DNA of 64,000 bases from Octopus bimaculoides (GCF_001194135.2 NC_068987.1:7041983-7105982), one strand, 5' to 3'; counted from the first letter of the stretch, positions 1 through 14,918 are shown. A program made the numbers and translations. The notes: generated by a model from the sequence alone, not told the origin.

Positions 1-167
1 GGCTGTGTTTGATCCACCATAATCTCTTGAAAACGGGTGTTGTTGTGCTTACCTTCTCGTAATCTAGCGGATACCTATAGAATAAGTATCATGCTTTAAA
101 AAAAGAAGTCATGGGGCCGATTTGTTCGATTAAAACCCTTCGACATTGTACCCCAGCATGGCCGCAG
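1..167 (+). mobile_element. SINE family A, degenerate 3' half
   Basis: Aligns by eye with the 3' half of the full copy at 36310-36749 (TAGCGG...ATAGAATAAGTA.CA.GCTT...GGGG.CGATTTG.TCGA.TAA...CCCAGCATGGCC.CAG). Confidence 0.7.
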
Positions 168-220
168 GTATTTACTCTTCTCGCTGTTCACCACCATCAT
201 GTTGTATACACACCCGGCAA

Positions 221-267
221 TCACACACATACACACACAGAAGCACATGTATGTACATATATGCATA

Positions 268-313
<46 letters not shown>

Positions 314-493
314 CACACACATGTGTATATGTATATACTTATTTGTACACACACACACACACGCATGTATGTATACCTCATACAGTAAAAAGGTAACAGT
401 CAGCCTATGAATATTATACTTAGGAGGCATAAAACACTTGAATATATGTGTGTGTATGTGTGTATGTGTATGTGTGTGTGTGCGTGTGTTCAT
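221..493. repeat. Compound (CA)n/(TA)n/(TG)n microsatellites
   Basis: Direct reading; these produce the YI/HT/CV pseudo-ORFs in the track. Confidence 0.95.
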
Positions 494-1739
494 TTAATAC
501 TTAATTATGAAGGAAAACCTATGCGGGCTTAGATGCTGAAATAAAATACCACTAATTTCAGTATCTAAATAAAGAATTTCAATAAGAATAACGGGTTCAT
601 TACGACAACAAAAGTAAGAATTATATTCTAGGATAACGGAAAATAATATATTCGCGTGTTACGTACGCAGCTTACAAAAGATTGTTTTTATCTGAACGAA
701 TAACATGTTTGCAAAGTTAATCTGTAGGGAATCTCATTTAAAATCTAGCTGCCAAATTTGAATTTCTTAATTATAAAATGTTTTGTTGCATATATGAATC
801 TCTGGCTTATTTAACAAATGTTTAAGAATATGTCGAGCTTTAGTTTACAGGTCTTCCAAATATCACTTCCAATATTCATTAGAAAATAAATTTATGTAAA
901 CAATTATTCACCTTCCAGTGCCGTGTAACTACAATGTCGTGCAGGGGCGAGTTGAACCAATGTAAGTACAGATTAAGGCTACTGTTTATAAATCATTATA
1001 GCGTATATTATGATGTGTGGACATAATTTACTATTGACACATTTGGGAAGGACGTACATTGAGGAAAATATATCCATAGGATACCAGTGGGTTTATGTAT
1101 ATCTAAATTTTAACTATTAACCATAATTTCAGTGCATGTTGCAAAATCTTTTTACTTTTAATCTAGGTCATTTCTTTTTAAGAAAAAATGTTCTTCTTTC
1201 TTTCTTAGCCATATAAAAATGAAAACTCATCTCCCAATGCCACTAATAATGAATTCTTTCAATGATAGAAAAAAGTCAACTTCTAAAATTCAGAAGATTT
1301 CCTGTAAAATTGGAGGTTTCTAAATATTTCCGACATCGTTCGCAGATTATGCTATACTTCTATCTTCGTTTATTACGGACGTTTGTTTAAAAGGACTCAC
1401 TGTGATAAATGAATCAATGTTAAATGAATGATAGAACGTAAGAAGATAGATTTTGCTCCGAGGCCCCTAAGCATTGTGGATGGTTGTTGGGGCAAGCTTT
1501 TGCGGTCCGTGCATCATCTTTGACTGATCACCGTATCGTGTTCTCACAGGTCAATTCCTGATAAGCGTAATACTGTTCATGAGCAGCGTGCCGGATCAGT
1601 GACAGAGGAAGATAGCTATATTGTGCTATGGATTACCACAACAGATTTTTAGCAAAGCAATCACAGTATTTATAAACATATGTAAATAGCATTGTCTTAA
1701 TTTAGAATATTTTTGCGGGTTATTTTTATTTGTCAAAAC

Positions 1740-1811
1740 TCTGCATGTATGTATGCATGTATGTATGTATGTATGTATGTATGTATGTATGTATGTATGT
1801 ATGTATGTATG

Positions 1812-1883
<72 letters not shown>

Positions 1884-1922
1884 AGTATGTATGTGTATGT
1901 GTTTGTGTGCGTGTGTGTGTGT
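1740..1922. repeat. (ATGT)n followed by (AT)n and (GT)n microsatellite
   Basis: Direct reading. Confidence 0.95.
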
Positions 1923-3359
1923 TCGAGGATTTCGCATAACAGTACAGTGTGAGACCCATCTACATTTGAGAATTAATAATATAAATTATACAACCCATGT
2001 AAATATTAAAAAGATAAATAAACAAAAACAAAATAACCATGTTATACATTCCTCTGTATTTGAACGCATTTTCTTTTATGAGAGAATTTATTTTCATAGC
2101 TAATTTTATCGTTATTTTTTTCATTGTTAACTCATTGTTACATGCCATCCTTGTTACTAAAATATTGTTGAGTTTAATTGTATAATTTCTTTCTAATTAA
2201 GCATTTTATTTTAAAATGGATTTATAATGGATATCGTATATAAGCCTTACATATTATTTGCATAACATCAATGAATAGCTTCCAATTTTGTATTCACACG
2301 TGCATTCTCATAAGGTGAACAGTCTTACTATCAAAACACCTCAGTTGAATATACATATCTTCAAATGGAAAATTTACTTGATATAACAGGCACGACAAGT
2401 CATTCCTATATTAATATATCACAGTAACACACGTATGCAATACAGCATATGTGTGTGTTTCTGTATGTGTATGCATTTCTATGCATATATATATGTATGT
2501 ATGTATGTACGTATGTATGTATGAAAGTGCATATATTTGCATTAATGCATATGAGATGTATGAGTCATCTAAAGTGTTCCTAGTTCGATCGAGGATTCAA
2601 AAGTAAATACATAAATACAAGTTTGAAACTAAGTTAAAACAATCGGCGCACGATTATATTGTCACTTTATCTTCCTATATCATTTATCTTCTGATGTAGT
2701 ATATTTCTTCGGATATTTCCCTTTGATTCAATAGATATCTATGATACGAAAGATGCTCCGAAACGCATACGTATATTCACGTATATATGTATATATGAAT
2801 ATATATAAATATGTACAAATTTATAGGCATATACATGTATATATATATATATGTATGTATATATGAATATATATATATATATATATATATATAGGTATAT
2901 GAATAATATGTATGCATATTTGTGTAAGTGTATATATATATATGTATATTACATATAAATGTGTGTAAGGAAGCACAGCATTTTAGATATATATTAGCAG
3001 TGCAGTGTTGCATTGTGTATTTCTAGCTAAAAAAGAAAAGTATTTAAAGTGAAATATACAATCCTAATAAGAAAATCTAGATTTTAAACTTTGTGAGGCA
3101 TATGATTTCAATTATAACTATTGCTCTTGTTAAAACCTAATTGTCAATCTCTACATATATGCATAAAATTTACACACCCACAAATTCACTGGATTTTATA
3201 TATATATATATATGAGTATAAAAATATCCAGAGTTAAAAGAGTCAATAAGAGAACTGCGTGTTGTGCTCATATTTTCCATACGAATAAATTATAAAAATA
3301 AAACATAGACGAAGGCATTTTGAATAAATAATACATACACACACACAAACACACACACA

Positions 3360-3397
<38 letters not shown>

Positions 3398-5054
3398 TAT
3401 ATATATATATATATGTATGCATATGTATGTGTATATATATATTTGTATAAATATATGTATAAATACATATGTATACAATATATATATATATATTTATATA
3501 TATACATATATGTATCTATATACATATGCATATACATGTGTATGCATACAAGTATGAATGTATATGCATATACAGGCGTATGTCAGCTCCTTTTTAATTT
3601 AATATTCATTATATTAGAATTTTGTACCCGCTTCGTTAATTTAATACACAACCTGTTATAATTTGATATAAACATCGTTGATTTTATATAACTTATATTA
3701 CCTTCTGATATAAATTTCATTAGTTTTATATATATAAGCTTTTAAAATCTGTAAACTTGCATGCTATGAGAATTTCATTGTTAATGGGTTTAAAATTATT
3801 TGGATAAAAGCAAATAATGTAAATTGAATTGTTCATTTTCTAAAATACTTATATTTATATATAATTTCTTGTAAGTTAGTCTATTAAAATCTTACCTATT
3901 AGTATATACGTGCAGAGATATGAGTAAAGACTTGCATTCAAAAATGTACGACATACATAAAATACACTGAAATATAATCATACATACATACACACACACA
4001 CATATGCATATATGTATATCTAAATTATATAGATATATGAACATATGTATATACATACATTTATATGTTCGTACACAGACACACACACATATATATACGT
4101 ATATATATATATATTTATATAAATAAGGATAAGATCGATATTTAAAATATTGATCTTATCAAGTGGTCAGCATGGGAATAAAAACCATCAAAGGTAATAA
4201 TTATTTAAAATTATTTAAAATTATAATACAGGGTATCAAGAGATACCACCACGCTGAAAGAATAGCAGTCAAATCCTGACTCTAATTTACATATATATAT
4301 ATATATATATATAAAGACACAAACATACATGTATATGTATATACATATCTATATCCATATATATATATATATATAATGTATATATATTAAAACCTATCAG
4401 TAATACATACTTCTAGAGAGAGAGATAGGATTCGAGAAAAAAATATTTTTATTCATTGTTAATATGCGCAATATATAAGTACATAGGCATACATGATTAC
4501 AAACACAGAGCAAAGAAATAAAAAAACGAAGTATGGCCATATAGTTATATACACATACAAATAGCCGATAGCCAAATCCATGGATCAATACCTCACTGAA
4601 AATGAAGTGAGAATGAGTATAGGGGTAGATGTACTGCAATGACTGCAATACAGACAAACATCTGAGAAATGTTAGATTCACGGTATTACGGACAAAAGAA
4701 ATTTAAGAATATAAGTGGTAGTCATGTGTATAAATTCATACACATTAAGGTGTAGATAAACTGATAATATACATATGTTCATATATAGACACATTACACA
4801 AACGCACATACGCACACACACGCACATAATGATACGCATAGATACCTACTTATATATATATATATATATATATATACATACGAGAGTAAGCACGTAAATG
4901 CGAGATGAGGTGGATAAAATGGAACTCGACCACCGGAGGCAGAGTAATACGCTTTCTTAAAAAACAGCGTCAACGTGAAACTCTAAGTAACATTTTTTGT
5001 GATATTTTTTATGCTTTTTAATACAGTATGTATGTATGTATTATATATATATAT

Positions 5055-5831
5055 NNNNNNNNNNNNNNNNNNNNNNNNNNNNNNNNNNNNNNNNNNNNNN
5101 NNNNNNNNNNNNNNNNNNNNNNNNNNNNNNNNNNNNNNNNNNNNNNNNNNNNNNNNNNNNNNNNNNNNNNNNNNNNNNNNNNNNNNNNNNNNNNNNNNNN
5201 NNNNNNNNNNNNNNNNNNNNNNNNNNNNNNNNNNNNNNNNNNNNNNNNNNNNNNNNNNNNNNNNNNNNNNNNNNNNNNNNNNNNNNNNNNNNNNNNNNNN
5301 NNNNNNNNNNNNNNNNNNNNNNNNNNNNNNNNNNNNNNNNNNNNNNNNNNNNNNNNNNNNNNNNNNNNNNNNNNNNNNNNNNNNNNNNNNNNNNNNNNNN
5401 NNNNNNNNNNNNNNNNNNNNNNNNNNNNNNNNNNNNNNNNNNNNNNNNNNNNNNNNNNNNNNNNNNNNNNNNNNNNNNNNNNNNNNNNNNNNNNNNNNNN
5501 NNNNNNNNNNNNNNNNNNNNNNNNNNNNNNNNNNNNNNNNNNNNNNNNNNNNNNNNNNNNNNNNNNNNNNNNNNNNNNNNNNNNNNNNNNNNNNNNNNNN
5601 NNNNNNNNNNNNNNNNNNNNNNNNNNNNNNNNNNNNNNNNNNNNNNNNNNNNNNNNNNNNNNNNNNNNNNNNNNNNNNNNNNNNNNNNNNNNNNNNNNNN
5701 NNNNNNNNNNNNNNNNNNNNNNNNNNNNNNNNNNNNNNNNNNNNNNNNNNNNNNNNNNNNNNNNNNNNNNNNNNNNNNNNNNNNNNNNNNNNNNNNNNNN
5801 NNNNNNNNNNNNNNNNNNNNNNNNNNNNNNN
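5055..5831. other. Assembly gap (N). Other gaps: 6423-6551, 9684-10674, 23861-24563, 25414-25835, 29027-29680, 33088-33097, 34723-34804, 39189-40187, 59972-60295, 62736-63533
   Basis: Runs of N, almost all flanked by (TA)n, (CA)n or (GATA)n tracts, as expected for short-read collapse at microsatellites. Confidence 0.99.
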
Positions 5832-6732
5832 TATATATATGTATATATAAACATATATAAACATATATAAACATATGTACACATAGTGGATATGCGTATA
5901 TATAGTTTTACCCAAATGCATGACATGCATACTGATATCAAAATGTATTCGTGTATTTATGTATGTGTGAATGCGTGTTTCTTAAGTGTGTCTGTGAACA
6001 CATTACATAAATTTACATTTGTATGTAAACCTCTGTTCATTTTTCACAATTGTAGTTACTTTGTAAAACAAATATTGATTTCTGTTTGCCCGGTCATAAT
6101 TCATAGAGCAGGTTATAAACGATCGAACGAATACTTTTGTATCTGTACTATGTCTTAATCACCTTTTTAGAAATTTAAATATATAGATGTCACTGAGGTA
6201 GTGTTTGTTTGACCTGTTTATTTCTTTAATCTAATTTTAATCTCAATAATTTGACCAAATTATCTGCTAGGTATATACTGATAATCAACTAAATCATACA
6301 GACACACACACTCATGTACGTATATATATGCGTGTGTGCATGTGTGTATATATATATATATGTATATTTATCTATCTATCTTTCCATCTATCTATCTGTC
6401 TATCTATCTACCAATCTTTATANNNNNNNNNNNNNNNNNNNNNNNNNNNNNNNNNNNNNNNNNNNNNNNNNNNNNNNNNNNNNNNNNNNNNNNNNNNNNN
6501 NNNNNNNNNNNNNNNNNNNNNNNNNNNNNNNNNNNNNNNNNNNNNNNNNNNTATATATATATATATATATATGCGCGAAGTTGGCAATATATTCTGGGGA
6601 TTACAAAATTTGCTTCGTTTCGTTCTAATATTTGGCGAACTCGGGACCTGAAGCAGACCGAGAACAGAGAATGCATGTCAATGATGAGATCACGAATAGT
6701 GATAGAAGGGCTTTCACAAACGTACCTGATTC

Positions 6733-6734
6733 AC

Positions 6735-6787
<53 letters not shown>
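6733..6787. repeat. (GATT)n tetranucleotide microsatellite
   Basis: Direct reading. Confidence 0.95.
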
Positions 6788-7249
6788 AATCGAACGTTTA
6801 ATGGAACAATCGACAACTTAATTGATTAAATGACTAACTAATTGGCATATAACCATAAGGAAGTGAAAGAGAAACGGTGGGTGTGGTTATTTGTCACATA
6901 ATGATCCTCCAGAAGTACAACAAAATAAAGGCATTATCTTTCATAAAGTATTCCATCCGTTTAAATATTACCCTGAAGATCTCTATTGGAGTAACCCTCA
7001 ATAATATTGCGTTGTTCAGGGAGGTACACAATTTACATTGAATAGAGTGTATAGCATTAGTTACTTGCTGAAGAGTAATTGGGACTGACGTTTTAACGTT
7101 CAAATCTATATTTGGTGTCCAAATCTTACGACTTTGAAGTTTACTGTGAAGACGACAGACAAGAATGCACCAAACTCACTGCGTATAAATCGTTGCTTGC
7201 ACCCCTTTCATTCTATGTATACGACAATGTAAGGCGTTCTTATTAAAAT

Positions 7250-7490
7250 TATCATTATTCCAATCATCATCATCACCATCATGATCGTCATTATCATCAT
7301 CATGGCCGTCGTTTTCCTTGTCGTCATCATCATGATGATCATCGTCATCCTCCTCATCCTCCTTCTTATCATCATCATTGTCGTCATTGTCATCCTCGAC
7401 GTTGTGGTCGTCATCATTATCATTACCTTCATCATCAAAACCACCAAAACCACCACCCCACTCCCCATCTTTATCAAAATCATCATCGTG
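7250..7490. repeat. Degenerate (ATC/GTC)n trinucleotide tract
   Basis: Repeated ATCATC/GTCATC units; give poly-D, poly-M and poly-I pseudo-ORFs. Confidence 0.9.
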
Positions 7491-8265
7491 AATTTTTTTT
7501 TTTCTTTTCGTAAATGAAATCATTAGTATATGTGGTATATTGGAATAAATCTGTGGTTTCATAATTCATCTCTAACACATGTTTCCTCAATAAACACAGT
7601 TTGGTATCGCATTTATGATATCAAACAGTTCTGCGAGCAAATGAGTAAAAGTATTATTCGGTTGCGTGACTGGGAATAGTTTGAGCGTTGGTGTGAACAA
7701 ATCCGGCTTAGATTCGATATCATGTTAAGAAAACACTTTCTTAAATCTTACAATAAGCATGTATATCAGATATATGTTATTTCCTATAGCATAAAAATAT
7801 AAAACATCATATTACCCATAATATATATATATTCCTTGACTACAGCTCCCCGTAAATATTTCGTCAAAATCGATGTCTCCGTATTTTGAATTGTAGATAT
7901 TTACCATTAAATTAAGTAAGTTACTTACTTTTTTCATTCAAGAGTAACGCCTAAATCAATATCTAGAGCAATTATCTTTTCACAAATTATTTTTAACTGC
8001 CGTATATCAATTTTGTCGTTTAATCATTCTCCCCGAAAGTATAAAATATATATGTATCTGCACGTCAGTATGTGAGTGTATCAGTGTGTCCATGAATCTG
8101 TGTAGGTTATCTCAACTAGCCGCATAACGTCCATTAGCGGCGAAGTGGAGATTTACCATACACTCTACCACACACACACACACACACACAGATATATATA
8201 TAATCATTATATATGTATATATATATGTGTGTATGTATGATTGTATGTATGTATGTATACATATG

Positions 8266-8335
<70 letters not shown>

Positions 8336-8363
8336 TGGATCTATGCACATATGTAGATATACA

Positions 8364-8398
<35 letters not shown>

Positions 8399-8923
8399 AA
8401 CATAATCTATGGGAGCAAATATTTGTTCGTATAAACATTATCTATAAGTACCAAAGGATTCGTGATTCTTTTATTTCACGTATATACCTATAAATGCCTC
8501 TGTATGTGTGTACATGTATGTACATACATGCACACACACATATATATATGTGTGTGTGTGTGTGCCTGTATATACGTATATGTGTGCATAAATGTTTGAG
8601 TATGAGATATGTACGTATGTGTGCGTGGATGACTTTCGTGTTTTAACTTAATTGCCCCTGAATTATATGACATTCCATATTTATAATATAGCACCTGAAG
8701 ATTATGTGAGATGTGCAGTCTATGCTAAAATAAATGGCTTACTTTAAGCCAACGAAATATCTCCTGTATATATATATTCGGCATGAGTTTGACGAAATTG
8801 GTTGAGACTACAAATTGATGCACAAATTATATATATATATATATATGTATGTACATATACACATATATGTAAATATGTGACTATATACATATGAATATGT
8901 ATATGTATACGTATGTATGTAAG

Positions 8924-8957
<34 letters not shown>

Positions 8958-8986
8958 AACACACATACATACACACACACATACAT

Positions 8987-9025
<39 letters not shown>

Positions 9026-9152
9026 TTTACACGTTTCGGAATTTATAGAGTAAATCTCTTTTGCGTATATGTCCTCTATATTCACACCGAAGTTTTCTTT
9101 TATTGTCAAGCAAACAGGCACGTTCTCATAAATACACATACACAGGCGCACA

Positions 9153-9204
<52 letters not shown>

Positions 9205-9554
9205 CATACACACTCATACACACACACTCACACACATACATGTATATAATACAAATAAATCATAAAAATCGCCATTTTTTATTGCATAATCTGTGTAATA
9301 ACTGTATGTGTGAAAATGTATCTGCGTGCTAGACGTTTTAAGTACAGTATTAATATAAATTTGAAAACAACTTCGGATTGAACGAAAAAAACCAAACGAG
9401 AATCGTTGATTGGATTCTTACATTCGTACAGTTTTACCTTCACATAAAGACACACAGAAATTTTATGAGGTTACCCAACATAACCGCAGTTGAACGACTG
9501 ACAGCAATAAAGGCTTCACATATGCACAAGCACATAAACACATACACATTGTAC

Positions 9555-9595
<41 letters not shown>

Positions 9596-10674
9596 AATAT
9601 GTATATATATGTATATATACATATGTGTGTGTATATATATATATACATACTTATATTTATATATATATACATTCATATATATANNNNNNNNNNNNNNNNN
9701 NNNNNNNNNNNNNNNNNNNNNNNNNNNNNNNNNNNNNNNNNNNNNNNNNNNNNNNNNNNNNNNNNNNNNNNNNNNNNNNNNNNNNNNNNNNNNNNNNNNN
9801 NNNNNNNNNNNNNNNNNNNNNNNNNNNNNNNNNNNNNNNNNNNNNNNNNNNNNNNNNNNNNNNNNNNNNNNNNNNNNNNNNNNNNNNNNNNNNNNNNNNN
9901 NNNNNNNNNNNNNNNNNNNNNNNNNNNNNNNNNNNNNNNNNNNNNNNNNNNNNNNNNNNNNNNNNNNNNNNNNNNNNNNNNNNNNNNNNNNNNNNNNNNN
10001 NNNNNNNNNNNNNNNNNNNNNNNNNNNNNNNNNNNNNNNNNNNNNNNNNNNNNNNNNNNNNNNNNNNNNNNNNNNNNNNNNNNNNNNNNNNNNNNNNNNN
10101 NNNNNNNNNNNNNNNNNNNNNNNNNNNNNNNNNNNNNNNNNNNNNNNNNNNNNNNNNNNNNNNNNNNNNNNNNNNNNNNNNNNNNNNNNNNNNNNNNNNN
10201 NNNNNNNNNNNNNNNNNNNNNNNNNNNNNNNNNNNNNNNNNNNNNNNNNNNNNNNNNNNNNNNNNNNNNNNNNNNNNNNNNNNNNNNNNNNNNNNNNNNN
10301 NNNNNNNNNNNNNNNNNNNNNNNNNNNNNNNNNNNNNNNNNNNNNNNNNNNNNNNNNNNNNNNNNNNNNNNNNNNNNNNNNNNNNNNNNNNNNNNNNNNN
10401 NNNNNNNNNNNNNNNNNNNNNNNNNNNNNNNNNNNNNNNNNNNNNNNNNNNNNNNNNNNNNNNNNNNNNNNNNNNNNNNNNNNNNNNNNNNNNNNNNNNN
10501 NNNNNNNNNNNNNNNNNNNNNNNNNNNNNNNNNNNNNNNNNNNNNNNNNNNNNNNNNNNNNNNNNNNNNNNNNNNNNNNNNNNNNNNNNNNNNNNNNNNN
10601 NNNNNNNNNNNNNNNNNNNNNNNNNNNNNNNNNNNNNNNNNNNNNNNNNNNNNNNNNNNNNNNNNNNNNNNNNN

Positions 10675-10711
<37 letters not shown>

Positions 10712-10712
10712 C

Positions 10713-10757
<45 letters not shown>

Positions 10758-11508
10758 CATGTATGTATGTATATATGTGTTTATATTTATATAGGTATGT
10801 GTATAAATATGTGCGTATAAATGCACACACTCATATATAATTACATATGTAGATATATGTGAATATAATTTACACACAGGTATACATATGTATATAACAA
10901 AATGGACAACAAAATTAACATTTATTATTATTACAGTTATTTTATATTGTTATTACCATTACCGATATCGATATTTTTTTTAAAAACTACTTCTGACTTA
11001 TAATTATCTCTGCTTTTTGCCGCCGTAACCTACTATCGCTACTAATTCGAAGGTGAATATTATTAAAGCAGCACTCTACTTGTTACTAATATTTCATTAC
11101 CGGTTACATTTTTTTTATTTTATATAGTGATGTAGCGAGATCGATTCCTTGAGGAACCGATCGTGAGCAGTATTACAATAAAGAATTTAATATATTAAAA
11201 CGAACGCGAATAAAGCAGTTTTGTATCGAAAATATATACCTGTTTGTTGTCTTTGTTTTTGATATTTTCTGTTATACTTGTTGTCTTCGAGGGATATATT
11301 TTGTAAATGAACACACTGAAGAGTTCATCTTCCAGTCTCCATCTCTATATCTATCTCACATACCCATACACGCACATACACACACGAACGCACGCACGCA
11401 CGCACACACATGTATGTTTAGGAACTATGCGGATTCGTGTAGGCCGGGTAAAAGTTCAATTTTTCCAACCAAGTCCATCAAAATATTCCAGTGTTTAGAC
11501 GCTATTTT

Positions 11509-11633
11509 AAGGCAGCGAGCTGACAGAATCATTGGCAAGACGGGCAAAATGCCTGGCAGCATAATGTCTGTTTTCATGTTTTGAGTTCAAATTCCATCGC
11601 GGTCGACTTTGCTTTTTCATCATCTTGGGGTCG
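11509..11633 (+). mobile_element. SINE family B (Meta-domain-like), 5' half
   Basis: AAGGCAGCGAGCTGACAGAATC head, TGAGTTCAAATTCC B-box, GGTCGACTTTGCTTTTTCATC...GGGGTCG; same family as 54160-54373 and 56914-57146. Confidence 0.8.
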
Positions 11634-12299
11634 CATTGAATACTGGCAAGTAGAATGGCTTAGGTAAACCAGTAAACCAGTAAATTCATTGGATTTTGTT
11701 ATCCCTCAATGAGGCATGTAACCTTTAAGTGAATTTCCAAATTTAGTTGAGAGGAATATACAATCCTGCCTGGTATCGTATTCGTTTTTACCGGTTAATA
11801 ATGCTGGCTAACCTCGGTGAGTGTAGAAAAAGTCCAGTTAATTAATTTTCGTATTCTCAGTAGATCTTCGCATCGTTCTCCGTAATTATTAATTTCTGCA
11901 TGCATGCATGTGGTGCTTGTGCGAGTGTTTGTGTATGTATGTGTGTGTGTGCGTGCACATTTGCATAAGTACGTATTGTATGCATTGTGCTTACTATAAC
12001 AATTACCTGAACATTACTGAATTAAAAATATAATTAAGCGAACGTATTACATACAGTTAACGTTAGCGCTATAGATCCTCACACCTAAGCGTATTTAGAG
12101 ATATTTCCTACCTGGAAAAAAAAAACTTTACAATGTTAGTGTAAATCGAAAGAGAAAATATCTGTAGTTAATTTAAAAAGTAGCTTTTTTGTTCCAGGAG
12201 ACGCATGTAGAATTATTTTTTTTAGTTCAAAAATGTATTTTACGCAGACTTAGAAATTTTATTAAAAAGAACACAACGAAAAGAAACATAACGAAAAGG

Positions 12300-13680
12300 A
12301 AAAAATAATAAAGAACGCGAAAACGTTTAGAACATGTAACCTTATGATCGACCTAGTGACCCAGTACGTGAAAAACAAAGAATTAACGAAAATACCAATA
12401 TCGAAGCCTCGAAAATACTGCCACAAAAACAATGTATCAGAACAATAAGAGAAAGTCTTAAGAATAGAAATGTTTAAAGATGACTATCGTGAACATGACT
12501 ATAATCTAAAGAAGGAAATAATAAACGTATTAAAGTCAATAAAAGACCTTTCATTGAACCAGCTAACATCGCTCGCAAGTATATGTCATTAAAAACAAAA
12601 GCAGAAAATATAACAAAGGAAATTTTCACAGCAATAACAAAAAAACACAATTGTAAAAAGTGAAGAAACTGACAAAGTAATATCCGAAACAACAGAATGG
12701 GTGATAAGATGTACACACGTAACTGTGGAGAAGAGGTCGTTATGAAGTGAGACAAAATATTTGAGTAACACAAACGGTTCAACTCGAACCTGATGATTTT
12801 ATCAAGTACTGGGTGAACATTAAATAGCAGCTGATAAGTGTAACAGTAATAGGAAACAATGTAAATTACTAGGTGAATACTAAGTACTAGTGGGAAAATA
12901 AAACTAAAATTAATGAATGCAAACAGCAAAGATGGTAAGTATATTATGGAGAGTAATGCAACCGAAAAGCAAAGGACGAGGCGTCATGAATGAGATTGCA
13001 CAACTCGAAACAGTAGCTGAAGAATTGTGAGAGATCAAACGATATCAAATCAATGTAAAGAGAGATGCAACAAGGAAAATAAATTTAAAGGTCCCAGGAA
13101 ACAGCTTCTCATACTTTAGTAGGTACACAGGACGGGCTGGCAGAGATAAGTGTTAGCGACTGATGGAGCAAGAGTTAACATCGAACTGAGAGAAAACATT
13201 TGAATCTTCAAAATTAAACAACTGGCAGACATTGGAAACGATAAACCGAGAACGTCTTTTTCCAGATTACAAAGCCTCTACCACCATACTTTTGTGGAGG
13301 ATAAATTTGTACCTGGAAATAAGAGTTTATGACAAGAAAAATAAAGTGCAAGCTGCTAGAACTTATAAGGATTTGCAGATGATATATTTATTAAAAAAAA
13401 AGCCATACCTAAAAACTATTGAAAGTAATAAAAAAACATCTTAGCAAGATATGGATTGACAAGTAGAAATCAATATCTCTCGGAAAGGTCTTAGCAGTGT
13501 TGGTAGAAACAGAATGAAAAATAATGCTCCTCCAAATCTCCAAGTTGTACAAGGAAAATACAAGGACAGAAATTACCCCTGTGAACCAATGACATCAAGA
13601 GACTGTTTGGGAGTCACCTCCGACCTAATCAACCTTCTGATTGGCGCACGACTATTTGTAGTGGTAGACAGAATACACAG
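12300..13680 (+). mobile_element. Heavily decayed non-LTR retrotransposon ORF2 (reverse transcriptase) remnant
   Basis: Colinear RT-like motifs with stops and frameshifts: KVPGNS at 13088 (cf. KAPGPD), NLYLE, GFADDIFI at 13369 (YADD motif), CLGVTSD near 13604 (cf. YLGV). The left boundary is approximate. Confidence 0.65.
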
Positions 13681-14639
13681 GTGCTAAATATATGGTGGAA
13701 ACAAATACCTCAGAACATTCTTCCCCGATCTGTCATGATGAAAAATACTGTTGTTAACATTCCCCATGCAACAACCACATCAAGGCCAGCAAGAGCAACA
13801 ACAACAATCGGAACATATACTACGACAGTGATCGCTGTAGCATCTAGAAAGCACCATAAGGAACAGCTGCAGCGTCTACGCTGACAACTTCAGCAGCGTT
13901 AAAAACAAAAGCACTAACAAAAAGAGCAGCCAACACAACACTGGCGACAGAAACTAACAGCAGCGACAACAATGTCAACAACACCACTTGACCACTTGAC
14001 CAAACACCTCGGAAACAACTCGAAACTTGCCTCCGACCGCACAGAAAATTATCAATACCCTCTCAAGGTATACCACTTCCTTTTCCGATACCTCGTGCAA
14101 GTAGGGTGAAAATAACCCCCGAAAAGCAAAGTCCTTGTGAAAAGAAAACGGATAGAGTGACAGAAGACTGACCAGCACAGAAAGCCGTGACTTCGTAGAG
14201 GAGGCAGCATTTCCACCAAGATACTCACCCACGCGACCATTCCTGATATCATCGACATTACAACAAGCACAACACCAATACCACGAGCAACATCACCAGC
14301 AACAAACCTTAAAAATGTATCATTAAATTTCTAAGCCATAAACAAAATACGACTGTAAATGCACATTTTAAACGAATGGACAAGACCGTTATAAAATAGA
14401 GCCCCGATATACCGTTCTATGATTTCATCTTAATATTCTTCTCAATATACAAATATTGATCGACAAAAGAAAATTCCCCCAAAACAGTCGGTTCTGATCT
14501 ACAGTAACGAAAATGTTGAACAGAGTTGTTTGCGTAACAACCACAACTAGTCTTGATTCGAAACAATAGGAACACGTCTTCACACACCCACTTTGATCGA
14601 AAAAAACACACCTTTGGGGGTTTTGTCGCGTATATAGAA

Positions 14640-14918
14640 TCAGTCACTGACAAAATAAAACACATAGTTACAGACAATGGTGAGGGACGTTCTGAGGTGA
14701 TCTGCTTTGCGATAGATATAACACTTGGGTTTTCTACCCTCTACAACCAGCCGCATCAGCATGCACTCTCCGAAATAGAAAACCGAGATTCCAGGTGCAA
14801 CTTCCGGAGCCACCGAAACCTGGAACGCTATTAATTCTTTCGTTCTGTTTGATTTAAGGCTGGACTTCATATTTACGATCTCCACGTGCTCCATTAGCAG
14901 GGCCAATGCTCTGGCCAC
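14640..14918 (-). mobile_element. Possible decayed LINE ORF1 (gag-like zinc knuckle) fragment
   Basis: RLVVEGRKPKCYIYRKADHLRTSL keeps CX2CX4HX4C spacing with two ligands lost, preceded by a V-EGR-P segment like Tx1/L1-type ORF1. Confidence 0.4.

Noticed and set aside
6056-6106. LLCKTNIDFC, an EGF-like fragment after an acceptor
   Set aside because: An in-frame stop follows within a few codons and no further EGF cysteines appear.
7176-7562. Asp-rich 128-aa ORF (possible acidic or biomineral protein)
   Set aside because: It coincides exactly with a degenerate (ATC)n microsatellite; three frames are open as homopolymer-like peptides, and there is no signal peptide or splice context.
13681-14320. 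Mucin-like Thr/Ala-rich coding stretch
   Set aside because: Frequent stops and frameshifts; a degenerate (ACA/GCA)n low-complexity sequence.
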